DNA of 64,000 bases, from assembly GCF_006345805.1 (NCBI RefSeq), contig NC_043012.1:34534001-34598000 (forward strand). Reading direction: 5' to 3'. Shown here piece after piece: positions 1 to 12,532 of the stretch. Position 1 is the first letter of the stretch. Every line of letters starts with the position of its first letter. The position numbers and the translations under genes are program-made. The notes beneath the pieces were generated by a model that had not been told where the DNA came from, ran no database searches, and saw only the letters and a program-made list of their open reading frames with translations. Origin of the DNA: Octopus sinensis. Its lineage: Eukaryota.

Positions 1-228
1 CTTTCTCTCTCTCTCTCTCGCTTGGCAATATTTACACGAATACACGAAGGGAAACAAAATTAGCTCCCAAAAAGAAATCATTGAAGAGACAACAGTAGTG
101 CTAGGACAAACTTATGACAAATTAATCAATAATTAACTGATTGCTAGATTCGTTAGTAATCAATTAATTAAAACCAGTTAACTAAAATCAGATTTTGTAA
201 ATTTTACCGCAATATTACTCTCTAAGAC

Positions 229-502
<274 letters not shown>

Positions 503-1202
503 ATTATGTAAACATTCATATATATTAGATATAAATCGTACTAAGTTTATAACTGTTTATCCTCATACACATATATGTGTGCGTCGTCTAAGCTTGCATG
601 CATACCTTTGTATGTGTGTGTGTGTGAGTGTGTGTGTGTGTGTGTGGTGTGTGTGTGTGTGTGTGTGCATGTATAGTGAACAGCTTCATTGGAAAGACTT
701 TGAGTGAGCTGTGGTGAAAATGTAAAAAGAAAATGTGGTTTTTATATTTTTTTAATGCTTTATTTGTGACTGCATTAGACAAGATTCGCACATTAGAATT
801 AGAGATCTCAGCACCATTTTCTAACAGAGTAAAATGAAAATATGTTGAAGTCAATGCTGAAAGATTTCAGCTTATTTTGCCTTTGAATTTGTTTGGAACA
901 TTGGTTGGTAAAATATATACGCTGTATGCGTTTTAGAGCCTATAAAATTGCGTGAAAGAATGACATTCGGTTAGAATATTTACTTTGCTGAATTTAAAAT
1001 TAATGTGGTTATATCATCACAGATAAATTTATACTCCGAGTAAATGTCATCAGGAATACTGCGAACAAATTGTATTGGATGCATAGAAGAAAGGCGGATG
1101 GATATGAAAACCTACAATTTATACAGCACTGACTATTCTGGCAAATATATATTCTTTAGCCTACTTTGCTTTACTCTCCTAATTAACTCATATAATTGAT
1201 GG

Positions 1203-1496
1203 TCGAAAGTGTAAACTAATTGACTATTAATCAATGGTTAGTAATAGATTAATTTTCATTTTAATATACCATTAATGATCGAAAGTGTAAACTAATTGAC
1301 TATTAATCAATGGTTAGTAATAGAATAATTTTCATTTTAATATACCATTAATGATCGAAAGTGTAAACTAATTGACTATTAATCAATGGTTAGTAATAGA
1401 ATAATTTTCATTTTAATATACCATTAATGATCGAAAGTGTAAACTAATTGACTATTAATCAATGGTTAGTAATAGATTAATTTTCATTTTAATATA
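1203..1496. repeat. 76-bp tandem repeat (minisatellite), ~3.9 near-identical copies
   Basis: Unit tcgaaagtgtaaactaattgac...ataccattaatga starts at 1203, 1279, 1355 and 1431; copies differ by about one base (agatt/agaat); no spacers. Confidence 0.97.
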
Positions 1497-1937
1497 GTAT
1501 GAGTCTCTTAAATCAATTATCCAAATTTAGACCAATAACCACTTCTAAAATTAAGTATGCAAGTAAACATTTTGGTTTTATTATGAGAAACATGTTAAAA
1601 TATTTTTGTATATATAAAAAAATAAATAAATCTGCAAATATAATATTACTGTACTTCGCAAATAATTCTGGAATTAGACCGGATTACGCGCTGAAAGTTG
1701 TCCCCTTCCAATCACTGACAATCAAATGGCTTCTTTTTTCCCTAGCATGTAAAAATACTCAAACATTCATTCTTAATTTCTTGAAAGTAAGTCCATTCTT
1801 CAAAGTCGTTTCCAATTGCTGTAAGGCTGTTGTTTTCAGCCTCTCTGTCTCAGCAAAATTTCAATTAAGTAAAGAATATATTACTTGAAGCATTAAATAC
1901 ATCCAAACATATTATCTAAATTCCTAAATTTTTGTTT

Positions 1938-2049
1938 TATAATATATATATATCTATATATATATAATATATATATAATATATATATATATATAATATAT
2001 TATATATATATAGATATATAATATATTATATATATATATATATATATGT

Positions 2050-2081
<32 letters not shown>

Positions 2082-2243
2082 GGTAATATATATATATACA
2101 TATAGATACATATATACATATATTATAACAATATATATATACACATATATATATACATAATATATATATATCTAATATATATTATATATACATATATATA
2201 TTATGTATATATATGTATATTATATGTATATATATATATGTAT

Positions 2244-2288
<45 letters not shown>

Positions 2289-2395
2289 ACACTCCCTACA
2301 TACATATATACGTATAGATGTATGTACATATTGGTATGTAAATATGTATATATATTATATATATTATATATATATTATTGATATTATTATATGAT
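1938..2395. repeat. Degenerate (TA)n microsatellite field
   Basis: Directly visible. Confidence 0.95.
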
Positions 2396-3032
2396 TGAAC
2401 GCCACGTATTCGCTGCCAAGTAAGTTTTATCTTAATGTGATGTGCACTCTATACAATCTTTTCCTTTTTCGTTTTTCTCTCTTTCACTCTTTTATTCTTT
2501 TACCTTTTATTCTTTTTCTTCACTATTCTGTCCTATTATTCTGTTACTCTCTCTCCCTCACTCCCCCTCCATTGCTCACGTGACTCCTACGTGACCATCG
2601 GCCATCTTTCTTTCTTTTGTTCTCCTAACTTGTGTTTCTTTCCTTCTCTCCGTTGTAGCTGGAACGAGGAAGATGTGTTCTTGTCCGTCTCCTGTCCAAG
2701 CTTGATTTACGCGTTCTTCACCACAATTTCCTATAGGCTTAGCAGCCCTTCCTGTTTGTTTTCACTATCCTGTTTGTGTTACCAATTTTGACCCTCCGCA
2801 AAATCCCAAATTTTATTTAATTTGCGTTGCGGGTGCAACTGTTTTATCGAAAGCGTATATTGTGAAATGCTCGAAATACGGGATTAGAAAAAACAGCCAA
2901 CAAATGATGAAGGTTCATTCTTTATGTCGTTTGTCTTGTTTTCCATTTGTGCCTTTTGTTGTTCGAAAAAATAGTTTCCATTTTACGTATTCATACTTCG
3001 AATTTTTTTGTTGTACACGTTTCATGACGTCC
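2396..3032 (+). mobile_element. Interspersed repeat, possibly Penelope-like (PLE) pLTR-derived, with degenerate hammerhead-like motif at ~2839-2885
   Basis: Complex block embedded between (TA)n tracts; contains gaaagcgt-atattgtgaa-atgctc-gaaa (stem plus GAAA), the same arrangement as family B. Family assignment is inference. Confidence 0.4.
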
Positions 3033-3069
3033 TATATATAATATATATGCATATATATATATATATATA

Positions 3070-3135
<66 letters not shown>

Positions 3136-3289
3136 TGTATATTATATATAATATATATATATATATATACGTATAGATATAATATCTACATATATGTATC
3201 TATATATGCACCTATTTATATACACACACACATATATATACATACATGCGTATATATATATAAATCTTGAAACAGTTCTTTTCTTTCTC

Positions 3290-3436
3290 GTTTTATTTTC
3301 GTTTACTTTCCATTTTTTCTCTCTCTATCTTTTCTGTGGAAGAACGTAGGCTCGAAACGTCAAAGACTTTCTCATTCTTCCCGAGCGTCAAACGTAATAC
3401 ACCTGCTTGTTCCCTCACCTGCCCTCGTCTTTAGTT
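3290..3436 (+). mobile_element. Family B short repeat (PLE-like, hammerhead-like motif), diverged copy truncated by gap
   Basis: ttttctgtggaagaacgtaggctcgaaacgtcaaagac...aatacacctg...cgtcttt matches the other family-B copies. Confidence 0.8.
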
Positions 3437-3536
3437 NNNNNNNNNNNNNNNNNNNNNNNNNNNNNNNNNNNNNNNNNNNNNNNNNNNNNNNNNNNNNNNN
3501 NNNNNNNNNNNNNNNNNNNNNNNNNNNNNNNNNNNN
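3437..3536. other. Assembly gap (100 N)
   Basis: Run of N. Confidence 1.
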
Positions 3537-3552
3537 CTGTAGAAGCTCCTTC

Positions 3553-3697
3553 TATATAATAATATATATATATATATATATATATATGGTATGTATATAT
3601 GTATGTATAGTATGTATGTATATATATGTATATATATGTATATGTATATATATATGTATATCTATATATGTATATATATATGTATATATATGTATAT

Positions 3698-3740
<43 letters not shown>

Positions 3741-3859
3741 GTATATATATATATGTTTGTGTGTACGTGTTATATATGTTTTATATCCAAGTTATATATA
3801 TCAATATATATATTTATGTTTAAATACGTATTATATCTATCTATCTATCTATCTATCTA

Positions 3860-3893
<34 letters not shown>

Positions 3894-3903
3894 CTATCTA
3901 TCT

Positions 3904-3963
<60 letters not shown>

Positions 3964-3965
3964 CA
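3553..3965. repeat. (TA)n/(TATG)n/(TATC)n/(TC)n microsatellite field
   Basis: Directly visible; source of spurious ORFs 3586..4095 and 3591..3986. Confidence 0.95.
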
Positions 3966-4287
3966 CTCACACAGGCACACACATAGTTTCCTTCCCAAAT
4001 GTATAGTACCAGCCTATGGTGTCAGTAATCCATTGTTACATTGCACCCAAGTCAGATTGCCGGAAAAACCTATAGCATCTAAGATCCGCTCTTAGGAGAC
4101 GTTCTTTTTATCGCAAGCTACAGTTTAATATCGTCTGCATATTCTAATACAGCAATACACTTTGAGTTGGCATTTATTTCGTTAATATATGCAATAAACA
4201 ACATAGAACACAGAAAAAATCCCTGCAGCACCTCAGATGAGTGTAGAATGCTCTCTTGGTATCCTGACTACTTCTTTTTATTGAGAA

Positions 4288-4672
4288 CTAGAGAGATGTT
4301 TTTGTTTCACTTTTAACACGTAATACTGAAATAGTGGAGAAGATATGATATTGCTGTGGGCTCGCCCTAGGCAAGAAGTTAAATATCTTTTTTGCCCATG
4401 ACACTCCATGGACCCTAAGTAAGGCATGTGTAAAATTTGAATGAAATTGGTTCTGTAATTCTCAAGTTTTAGGGAATCAGAGTGGAGAAGGCATGATATT
4501 GCTGTGGGCCTGCCATAGGCAAAAAGTTAAAACTCTTTTTGCCCCTGACACTCCATGGGCCCTAAGTAAGGTATGTTTAAAATTTGAATGAAATTGGTTG
4601 TGTAGTTCTCAAGCTTTAGGGATTCACACAGACAGACAGATAGACACATTCTCAGTTTTATATATATATAGA
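4288..4672 (-). mobile_element. Non-autonomous Helitron-like element with two internal ~150-bp tandem units
   Basis: On the minus strand it begins TCTATATA... and ends CTAG (4288-4291). The unit agtggagaag..atgatattgctgtgggc...aaatttgaatgaaattggtt occurs twice (~4334 and ~4483). Homologous to 12224-12440. No 3' hairpin visible. Confidence 0.6.
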
Positions 4673-5099
4673 TGAAGAATTGCAACAAGTTATAAAGATT
4701 AAGCCTCATGCACACTGCAGAGAGCTTCGACATAACTCGTTTATGCGATATAGAATGAAGTCATGATCAAGAAACTTGGGGAGCTGGTTACAACAGCTGG
4801 AGTTAGGGATGATTCCAAATTATGAGGGTCGAATAAGATTATGAGAGTTTCAGAAATTCCAAAGTGCCTTTTGTAATGTAATTCGTGCGACTGACAACAC
4901 AATAATGCATTTTTCATTTTAAATATGTTCTGACGGATTCGAACTTGACTATACTGATGACTGTTGTATTTCGTTTATTGTGTAGTTGTAACACACGCAA
5001 TTCCTTGATGTAAGGGGACTTTGCACTGGATTAATGAAATTAAACAAACACGGGTACATACGCACCATCAAATAATTAACCTTTTTAGTGTGTGTGTGT

Positions 5100-5265
5100 A
5101 AAAGACGAAGACGGGTGTATAAACAACAAATAGGTGTATTAGTTTAACGCTCGGGAATCTGAGAAGGTCTTTTACGTTTCGAGCTTACTCTCTTCAAAAG
5201 AATGGAACACGAGGAAATAAACAGAGAGAGAATAAAAAAAAAAAACGTTTGGAGCTAGCGGCCAA
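5100..5265 (-). mobile_element. Family B short repeat (PLE-like, hammerhead-like motif)
   Basis: aaagacgaagacgggtgt...ttttacgtttcgagcttactctcttcaaaag matches the family-B consensus. Confidence 0.85.
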
Positions 5266-5727
5266 TAATAAAACTAAACCACGGCATCTGAGTATTTGTG
5301 TTTGTATGTCTGTGGGAGTAGGATGCTTTAAATAACTTTCATGTCTCTTGTATAATTGTTTCAATATAAAGATTATCGGAGCAGCTCTTTTGCCAAAGGA
5401 TTGCACAAAAACCGAGGTTTACCGTAATGAAATAATCTTTAGGAAAAAAAAATCTTTACTCTTCTTCAGTCTGGCTATTAAGTACATAATATTCAGGCAA
5501 TGCTTTGTTATTGATCTTTAGCATTATCATGTTGCGTCAGGAATTACTTTAGTTCAGAAGTATTCTACTTCATATTGGGATTCTTGCATCATCTCTTACT
5601 GTTTTCACTATTGTAGCTGTGTTGCTGATAAACCAATGCTATTTGTGTTACTTCAGATTTTCATGAATTCGGCTGTGGTATTTGATCCTGCCTTTAGTAT
5701 TAGTGCTACTGGTATTTGGACGTTTAA

Positions 5728-6096
5728 CCCTTTGAGCCCTGACCTTCTGAACCTTATTTGACTTCCAGATGCACTCCACCGGTAGAGCGGTGCTACGGTA
5801 TAAAGAAAAAGGCGGCGAGCTGGCAGAATCGTTAGCACGACGGGCGAAATGCTTAGCGGTATTTCGTCTGCCGCTACGTTGTGAGTTCAAATTCCGCCGA
5901 GGTCGACTTTGCCTTTCATCCTGTTTGGGTCGATTAAATAAGTACCAGTTACGCACTGGAGTCGATGTAATCGACTTAATCCGTTTGTCTGTCCTTGCTT
6001 GTCCTCTCTGTGTTTAGCTCCTTTTGGGTAGTAAAGAAATAGGTATAGAGAAAAACATGCCATCAACCGGTAAACCGGTGTTACGGAACCAAAGGG
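5728..6096. mobile_element. piggyBac-type MITE (~120 bp) interrupted by a family-A SINE
   Basis: TTAA|CCCTTTG ... CAAAGGG|TTAA ends (TTAA at 5724-5727 and 6097-6100), the piggyBac TSD and terminus signature. Confidence 0.6.
5811..6046 (+). mobile_element. Family A SINE (tRNA-type head, Meta/MESC-like core), full length
   Basis: ggcggcgagctggcagaa...gagttcaaattcc (B-box-like)...gcctttcatcc...aagtaccag...gtagtaaagaaataggtat; 14-bp TSD ggtata(a/g)agaaaaa at 5797-5810 and 6042-6055. Confidence 0.93.
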
Positions 6097-6761
6097 TTAA
6101 TAACTGATACTAATTATCGTTTGTACTTTCTCATTACGGTATTTCTAATCATTGTATTTATAATATGTGCTCCTGCTATAGGGACGTTGTTTAATTTGCT
6201 GTAATTATTAACGTCTACAGTTTTATCCTTATAAGTTTTGTAGAGGCATTGTGAAATAACTTTTACACACAACTAGGAACAGTTAATATGTCTAAGGATC
6301 AAACATACTAGCTGCCTACATAGCTAGCTAAGCACGTATGTACGTACTTACTTACCTACCTACATACTTATTTACCTATCGATTTCGTGATCGCAGCCCA
6401 AAAATATCAACAAAGTAGTAATTATTCAATCAAATCCTTCTCAGTTTCATTCGCTAAAACCAGAGACTGTATTGATTACATTATTGGAAATATTTCCTTT
6501 ACCTTTATTCTTTTTTATAACTCTGATATTATACGGTAAACATTCAGTAATAAAGGGCTACTTGAACTCTCTTATATAGTCTGCGCTCGGCCATAAAAAC
6601 CGCTCGCGAAATTGACAATGTTTTTCAATATCATGAAACTTTCAAAACAAAACAAAACAGAAAATATACAAAGGTAATCAAATTTGCCGTTCATCCAACA
6701 ACCTATTTGGTGTTTCAGTTCATTGCATTATGTGAATCAACAACCCTAAAACAGGAGCACA

Positions 6762-7125
6762 TCTCTCTCTATATAAACGACAAAATGTCTGTGTGTGTGT
6801 CCTTTATACAAATCCACAATTTTTCAGTTAGAGGGCTCGAACTTTCTATGGTTATTTAAAACCGTCCAAGGGTGGTCGTGCACATCCTTACATTTCCCCA
6901 GTCACCCCGCAAAGTCATTAAAAAATCAATAGAAGTGACTTTTTTGTGAATTTTCTATCCAAAACCCGATCAAAATGCCTGAAACTTGATATGCCAATTG
7001 AATGCCAGCTAGCTGTATGTGATTGGTCGGAGATTTGGACAGTACTCGCGTGTATGTGTGCACGCATGCAGCTGTATATGCATGCACTAGCACTATATCC
7101 CGGCGTTGCCGGGTCATAGTGCTAG
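6762..7125 (+). mobile_element. Non-autonomous Helitron
   Basis: A^TC start (tctctctctatataaacg), subterminal GC hairpin cccggc-gtt-gccggg, CTAG^T end, no TSD. Confidence 0.88.
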
Positions 7126-7280
7126 TATTACAATAAAAAGATTACAAATTCCTTGATGAAACAGTACAAACGATATTTGGATTTAGAAGGCGCAAACCTC
7201 CTCGAAAATATTTTACTTCAGTGATACGGTACACAGAAAACTTCAAGTTCTGGATCTTCGTTGGTATATTAATATCTTAA

Positions 7281-7516
7281 GGCGGCGAGCTGGCAGAAAA
7301 GTTAGCACATCGGGCGAAATGCCTAGCGGTATTTCGTCTGCCGCTACGTTCTGACTTCAAATTCCGCCGAGGTCGACTTTGTCTTTCATCCTTTCGGGGT
7401 CGATTAAATAAGTACCAGTTACGCATTGGGGTCGATATAATCGACTTAATATGTTTGACTCTCCTTGTTTGTCCTCTCTATGTTTAGCCCCTTGTGGGTA
7501 GTAAAGAAATAGGTAT
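7281..7516 (+). mobile_element. Family A SINE, full length
   Basis: Same consensus; 16-bp TSD ggtatattaatat(c/t)tt at 7263-7278 and 7512-7527. Confidence 0.93.
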
Positions 7517-7593
7517 ATTAATATTTTCACACTTGGAAATATAAAGTCAATATGCAAAAAAGGCACATTGTGATGTTGCAAAAAGTAGCTTTA

Positions 7594-7660
7594 AAATACT
7601 CACAATACGGGTATCAAACGAATAATTACTAAGTTCGATACCTGTGTTGTGGGTATTTTT
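7594..7660. repeat. Short imperfect inverted repeat (~27-bp arms)
   Basis: aaatactcacaatacgggtatcaaac ... gttcgatacctgtgttgtgggtattt are reverse complements with about four mismatches. Confidence 0.75.
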
Positions 7661-7704
7661 AGAAATATATCCACTGAGTTTCACAGCAAATATGTGTGCG
7701 CGAG

Positions 7705-7738
<34 letters not shown>

Positions 7739-9209
7739 GAATGATATAGCAGTACGCCTATAAGTGTTAAATATGGTGTATTGTGGTCTAATCAGAGGTA
7801 CAAATCAAGAAATACTCAATAAATTGTTAACAATAAGGTAGGACATGAAACGGTAAAATTAAATTTTGGAACTGATATAAGATATTTCGAAAAAATACAG
7901 AATAAAAATGGCCTCTAAGGCAGGCACCTGATCATATGAGGAAGCTTAAGGCAGCACGTCATCAAAAACTTTGATACTAAGAAATAGGGCTGAAAACCGT
8001 ACTTCTTTGACTAACATACAGAGAGAGAGGGGGAGAGGGAGAGGGAGAGGGAGGGAGAGAGAGAGAGAGAGAGGTGGCGAGAAACAATTTACTGGTGTTT
8101 GGAGGCCAAGGATATTGATTTCTGAGTTGCCTTTTTAATTTCAGGTCTTTTCGAGGGGAAGTTTAAGTGACCGTCTCGTTCGACTTACTAGAAACAGTAA
8201 TTAAATCTCTCTGAATTAAAACGCAACTTTTAAAAAGGGATACAACTGATACGTCAGAGAGATAGAGAGAGAAAGGAAGAGAGTGATGAGAGAGAAAGAG
8301 ATAGAGGGAAAGAGAGAGAGAGAAACGAGGGAGAGAGAAAAAAGGGAGAGAGAGAGCGAGCGAGAGAGCGAGTCGATTTAATGACAATATGTGTTATTTA
8401 GGCAAATAACGATCCCTAACTAAATAGCACAAGTCCTTTTGCTCGACATCCTGACGATCATGGCATGACGATATCATCCCCCTATCTTTCTCACCCCACC
8501 ACATCAATGTGCCCATTAACGTTAACGCTTAAAATCACATTAGTAACTTGCTCAAACAGCCACATGTGGCGGTGTCAATCCAACATTTAATCAGCAAATC
8601 AATTTGATGCAGAAGTCAATCATATGCAGAAGTATGCAGGGCGAAGTTACTTCGCATCATGTCAGCTCTGATTGGACAGTTTTGTGATGAAAGGAGTTCG
8701 AGTCATGATTATCTTTTTCTCTTTCTTCAGGGATTTAACTTATATAGAACTACATTGATCAAAACATCTTTATTTTCTTAAGAGAATGACACCAGGAGAA
8801 TTTGTCTGCTTTTTCTAACAGGCCGTGAGACGATGGAAGGACGGCGTCCTCTGCGGCTAGTGGTGATTTCACAGGAACAGAAAGGTGTCGGTTGAAATAT
8901 AATTATGTAGTTACATATTTCTGTATTTCATGATCAAATCCAACCAGATTTTACTCTGCCGTTCTTCCACCTGGCAACACTGAGAAATTATGTAGCGTTA
9001 ATCTGCTGGGGAAATTCAGTCGACTTCTTTCGTATTTCCACGACTGATTTTCTGTCTATTTCGAAATATCGAATTCGTAGACATTATAAAGAAAGACATT
9101 ATCACGTGATTACGGTGTTTTAATATGGTTCCAAATACTCGCCCCTTCATCAAGTGATTTCTGGCTCGGCTCTAGCTGAGCTGTTCCTTCTAAGTGTGCG
9201 GAAACGCGC

Positions 9210-9210
9210 G

Positions 9211-9260
<50 letters not shown>

Positions 9261-9380
9261 TTCACTCACTCACTCTCCTGTATACATATTCGTCCAAACA
9301 TATGTGTAATATATATATTTATAACACTACTAAATGTGTTGAGTGTCCTTTTCTTTCGTTTGTCCACTCACTCGAGTATA

Positions 9381-9416
<36 letters not shown>

Positions 9417-9482
9417 AACAGAGAGAGACAGAGAGAGATAGAGAGAGAGAGGGAGAGAGAGAGGGAGAGGGAGCGAGACAAT

Positions 9483-9560
<78 letters not shown>
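9210..9560. repeat. (CA)n, (TA)n and long (GA)n microsatellites
   Basis: Directly visible. Confidence 0.95.
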
Positions 9561-9562
<2 letters not shown>

Positions 9563-9735
9563 CTTCTAAAAGACGTCAAACTGATAAACTGATGCTCTGA
9601 GGATGTATTATCGATTTCTTTGCTAAAGTCATGAGTGTTTTGGATTAGTGTGTGTGTGTCATATGTGCATGTACATATTCACACACACGCGCGCGCATAT
9701 ATATATATATATATATATATCTATATATATATATA

Positions 9736-11022
9736 CTAGCAGAGATAACCGGCGTTGCCCGTGTTACATACAATTGAAGAATTAGACTTTTCTGTTAATA
9801 ATTTCTGTAATGAACTGTAATATCTATGTTTCGAATTTCATCAAAATTGCAGATGAGGGTTATTTCCCTCTTTACACACCCAAATAAAATTGTAATCGTA
9901 CAACATGTATCCCATACTACTGATTTTTATGTGCATATTCCAAAATTCCAGTCTTATTGAACCTGTTAAAAAGATCTTGCTCCTGAAAAATGAAGGTCAT
10001 GGAGCTCTAAAATGTGAGAGTTAAGGCCCCTGTTGGGGGTGGGCATCTTAATATCAACCAGAGAAGTTGAATTGTTGAAAATCGTTTTAACTTGGGTCTT
10101 ATATCTATTGTTTGAATTTCTTTGAAATAGGAAATATATGTTCACTGGGTTTGTAAAACCAAAAGACGAATGATCACAATAAGCAGTCAGCTACCCTACC
10201 CTAGTCGTTACCACTCCCAATGTAGGATTCCTCACCATCCAGGTGACAGGCACAGCCGTAAGATGCATTACGAATCTATAGCAATTGAAAGGGCGTGACC
10301 CAACTGAAATGAACAGTAACAACTATGTGACGTGAGGGCTAAGAAGAAATGAAAGTTGGAGTTTGCAAATGACCACTATACTGAAATGTAATTGGAGAGA
10401 ATAAATTTACAATCTATAAATGTCTTTGAATATCCAGTCACTCATCTGGGAAGGCCTTGTAATCAATGTTACCATCTGGGGACTATGTGTGACCCAGTGG
10501 TAATAAAAAGACTGAAAGGAGGTCTGCAATCAAATAACTTTACTCAACACTTTGCAATTGAATCAGTGGAGGCAAAGATGCCTCTCATTTACTTGACAAT
10601 TTATGCAGCACATTGCAGAAATCACAATCTCAGTGTATGTCAAAGCAAACTCTTACACTATTGTACCATTGATTTACAAATAATGCTCATCTTTTATGCT
10701 CGGGTAACCCTACAGCTTCCAAGAGCACAACTGTATTCGTTTTTGCTTAGATAAAATGACAAAATTGTGGGTGTTAAGTACCCATGGAGGGGTCTTTCTA
10801 ACTTGTAAGAAGATGAAATTTTATAAATATTACTTCATTTGTGTCTAATATCTATGGTTAAAATTTCATCAACAGCAAAAATATATGAATTGTCATGGGG
10901 GTTATGGCCCTTATGCATAGAATATAATTTCCAAATTTCATAAAGATCCATTCAATACTAGTTTTGGATCAAAAAAAAATGGCTAAAATTTGGGAGTTAA
11001 GGCCCCCATTAGGGTCTGTTAC

Positions 11023-11060
<38 letters not shown>
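9736..11060 (-). mobile_element. Long non-autonomous Helitron-like element (~1.3 kb)
   Basis: Left end actagcagagataaccggcgttgcccgtgtt is the reverse complement of hairpin plus CTAG. Internal repeated motif tg(g/t)gagttaaggcccc at ~10015, ~10770 and ~10990. Right end ...tatattagat reads TC on the minus strand. Right boundary approximate. Confidence 0.65.
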
Positions 11061-11067
11061 TATAGAA

Positions 11068-11278
11068 GCCTGGTACTTATTCTATTAGTTTGTTCTTGTG
11101 AAACCAGTAAGTTATGGGGATGTTAATAAATGAACAGCAGTTGTGAAGCAGTGATGGGGCGAAATACAGAGACAAAGACGCACACATACACTTACATATA
11201 TATACGATTTATTTGTTTCAGTTCCTGTCAACGAAATCCATATATATACATATATATATATATATTATATATATATAG

Positions 11279-11314
<36 letters not shown>

Positions 11315-11700
11315 ACGTACACACACACACACACACACAATATAAATTGATAGATACAACTGAATGGGCAACAAAAATATGAGACACCGCCTAGTGCTTT
11401 TTTAATTTTGATAAGCCTGATACTTATTCTATCAGTTTCTTCTTGTGAAACCAATAAGTTATGGGGATGTAAATAAACGAACACCAGTTGTGAAGCAGTG
11501 ATCAGGGCGAAATACAAGGACACACACATAGACTTACATATATATATATATATACATATATATACAATTGATTTCTTTCAGTTTGTGTCTACAAAATCCT
11601 GAGGGTATAGCAGAAGACACATGCCAAGTTACTACACAGTGGGTCTGAACTGAGAACCATGTGTTTTGGAACCAAGTTTGTTACCACACAGCCACACTTC
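11068..11700 (-). mobile_element. CORE-type tRNA SINE (family D), diverged, with internal duplication
   Basis: aagcctg.tacttattctat...gaaaccagtaagttatggggatgt occurs twice (11067 and 11413); head gaagacacatgccaag...gaaccatgtg...ttaccacacagccac matches 60197-60638. Confidence 0.8.
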
Positions 11701-11706
11701 CACCTA

Positions 11707-11833
11707 TGTATGTGTGTGTATGTGGGTGTGTGTGCATGTGTGTGTATGTGTGTGTGGGTATATATATATATATGTATGCATGTATATATGTGTATATATA
11801 TGTGTATATATATGTGTACATATTACATGTACA

Positions 11834-11872
<39 letters not shown>

Positions 11873-11977
11873 GTCTACACATACATGTATATATATATAT
11901 ATATACATCCATATATACATGTATATATATATCTATCCATATATATACAGCTATATATATACATCTATATGTATACA

Positions 11978-12011
<34 letters not shown>

Positions 12012-12015
12012 CACA
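11707..12015. repeat. (TG)n/(TA)n microsatellite field
   Basis: Directly visible. Confidence 0.95.
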
Positions 12016-12223
12016 TGTAAATTTATATTTAAAATTATAAGGGTGAAAAATTGAATATTAATTTGATTGATATGAATTGAAAACCAGTGGTGTAGCATAT
12101 AAGAGCATAGCGGATCTTCTTCTAGCAAAATGGATTTCCACTGTTAATGGTTCATCCCTGTTATATAATAGTTTCACTTTAATAGTTTCAGTATTAAAGT
12201 GAATGCATGTGACATTACAATAG

Positions 12224-12435
12224 AATGATGTTTTTGTTTCACTTTTAACACGTAATACTGAAATAGTGGAGAAGATATGATATTGCTGTGGGCTCGCCCT
12301 AGGCAAGAAGTTAAAATTCTTTTGCCCACGACACTACATGGACCCTAAGTAAGGCATGTGTAAAATTTGAATGAAATTGGTTGTGTAGTTCTCACAGACA
12401 GGGATTCACACAGACAGACACACACACATTCTCAG

Positions 12436-12440
<5 letters not shown>
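12224..12440 (-). mobile_element. Second copy of the Helitron-like element at 4288-4672 (single internal unit)
   Basis: gatgtttttgtttcacttttaacacgtaatactgaaatagtggagaag...cacattctcagtt is nearly identical to 4295-4400 and 4590-4660. Confidence 0.8.
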
Positions 12441-12498
<58 letters not shown>

Positions 12499-12532
12499 GT
12501 GTGTGTGTGTGTGTGTGTGTGTATGTATATAA

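Noticed and set aside
1203-1496. CRISPR array
   Set aside because: Contiguous 76-bp units with no unique spacers, no cas genes, eukaryotic context.
1499-1888. 129-aa ORF as a real CDS
   Set aside because: AT-rich, no recognisable motif, starts immediately after the minisatellite; consistent with a chance ORF.
3586-4095. Longest listed ORFs (this one, 11659..12054, 19133..19690, 17565..17915 and similar) as genes
   Set aside because: YI/CV/HT/LS-repeat translations of microsatellites; no domain content.
8383-8436. miRNA hairpin tgtgttatttag...ctaaatagcaca
   Set aside because: Only ~12 bp of stem with an 18-nt loop; resemblance to miR-92/29-type seeds is partial.
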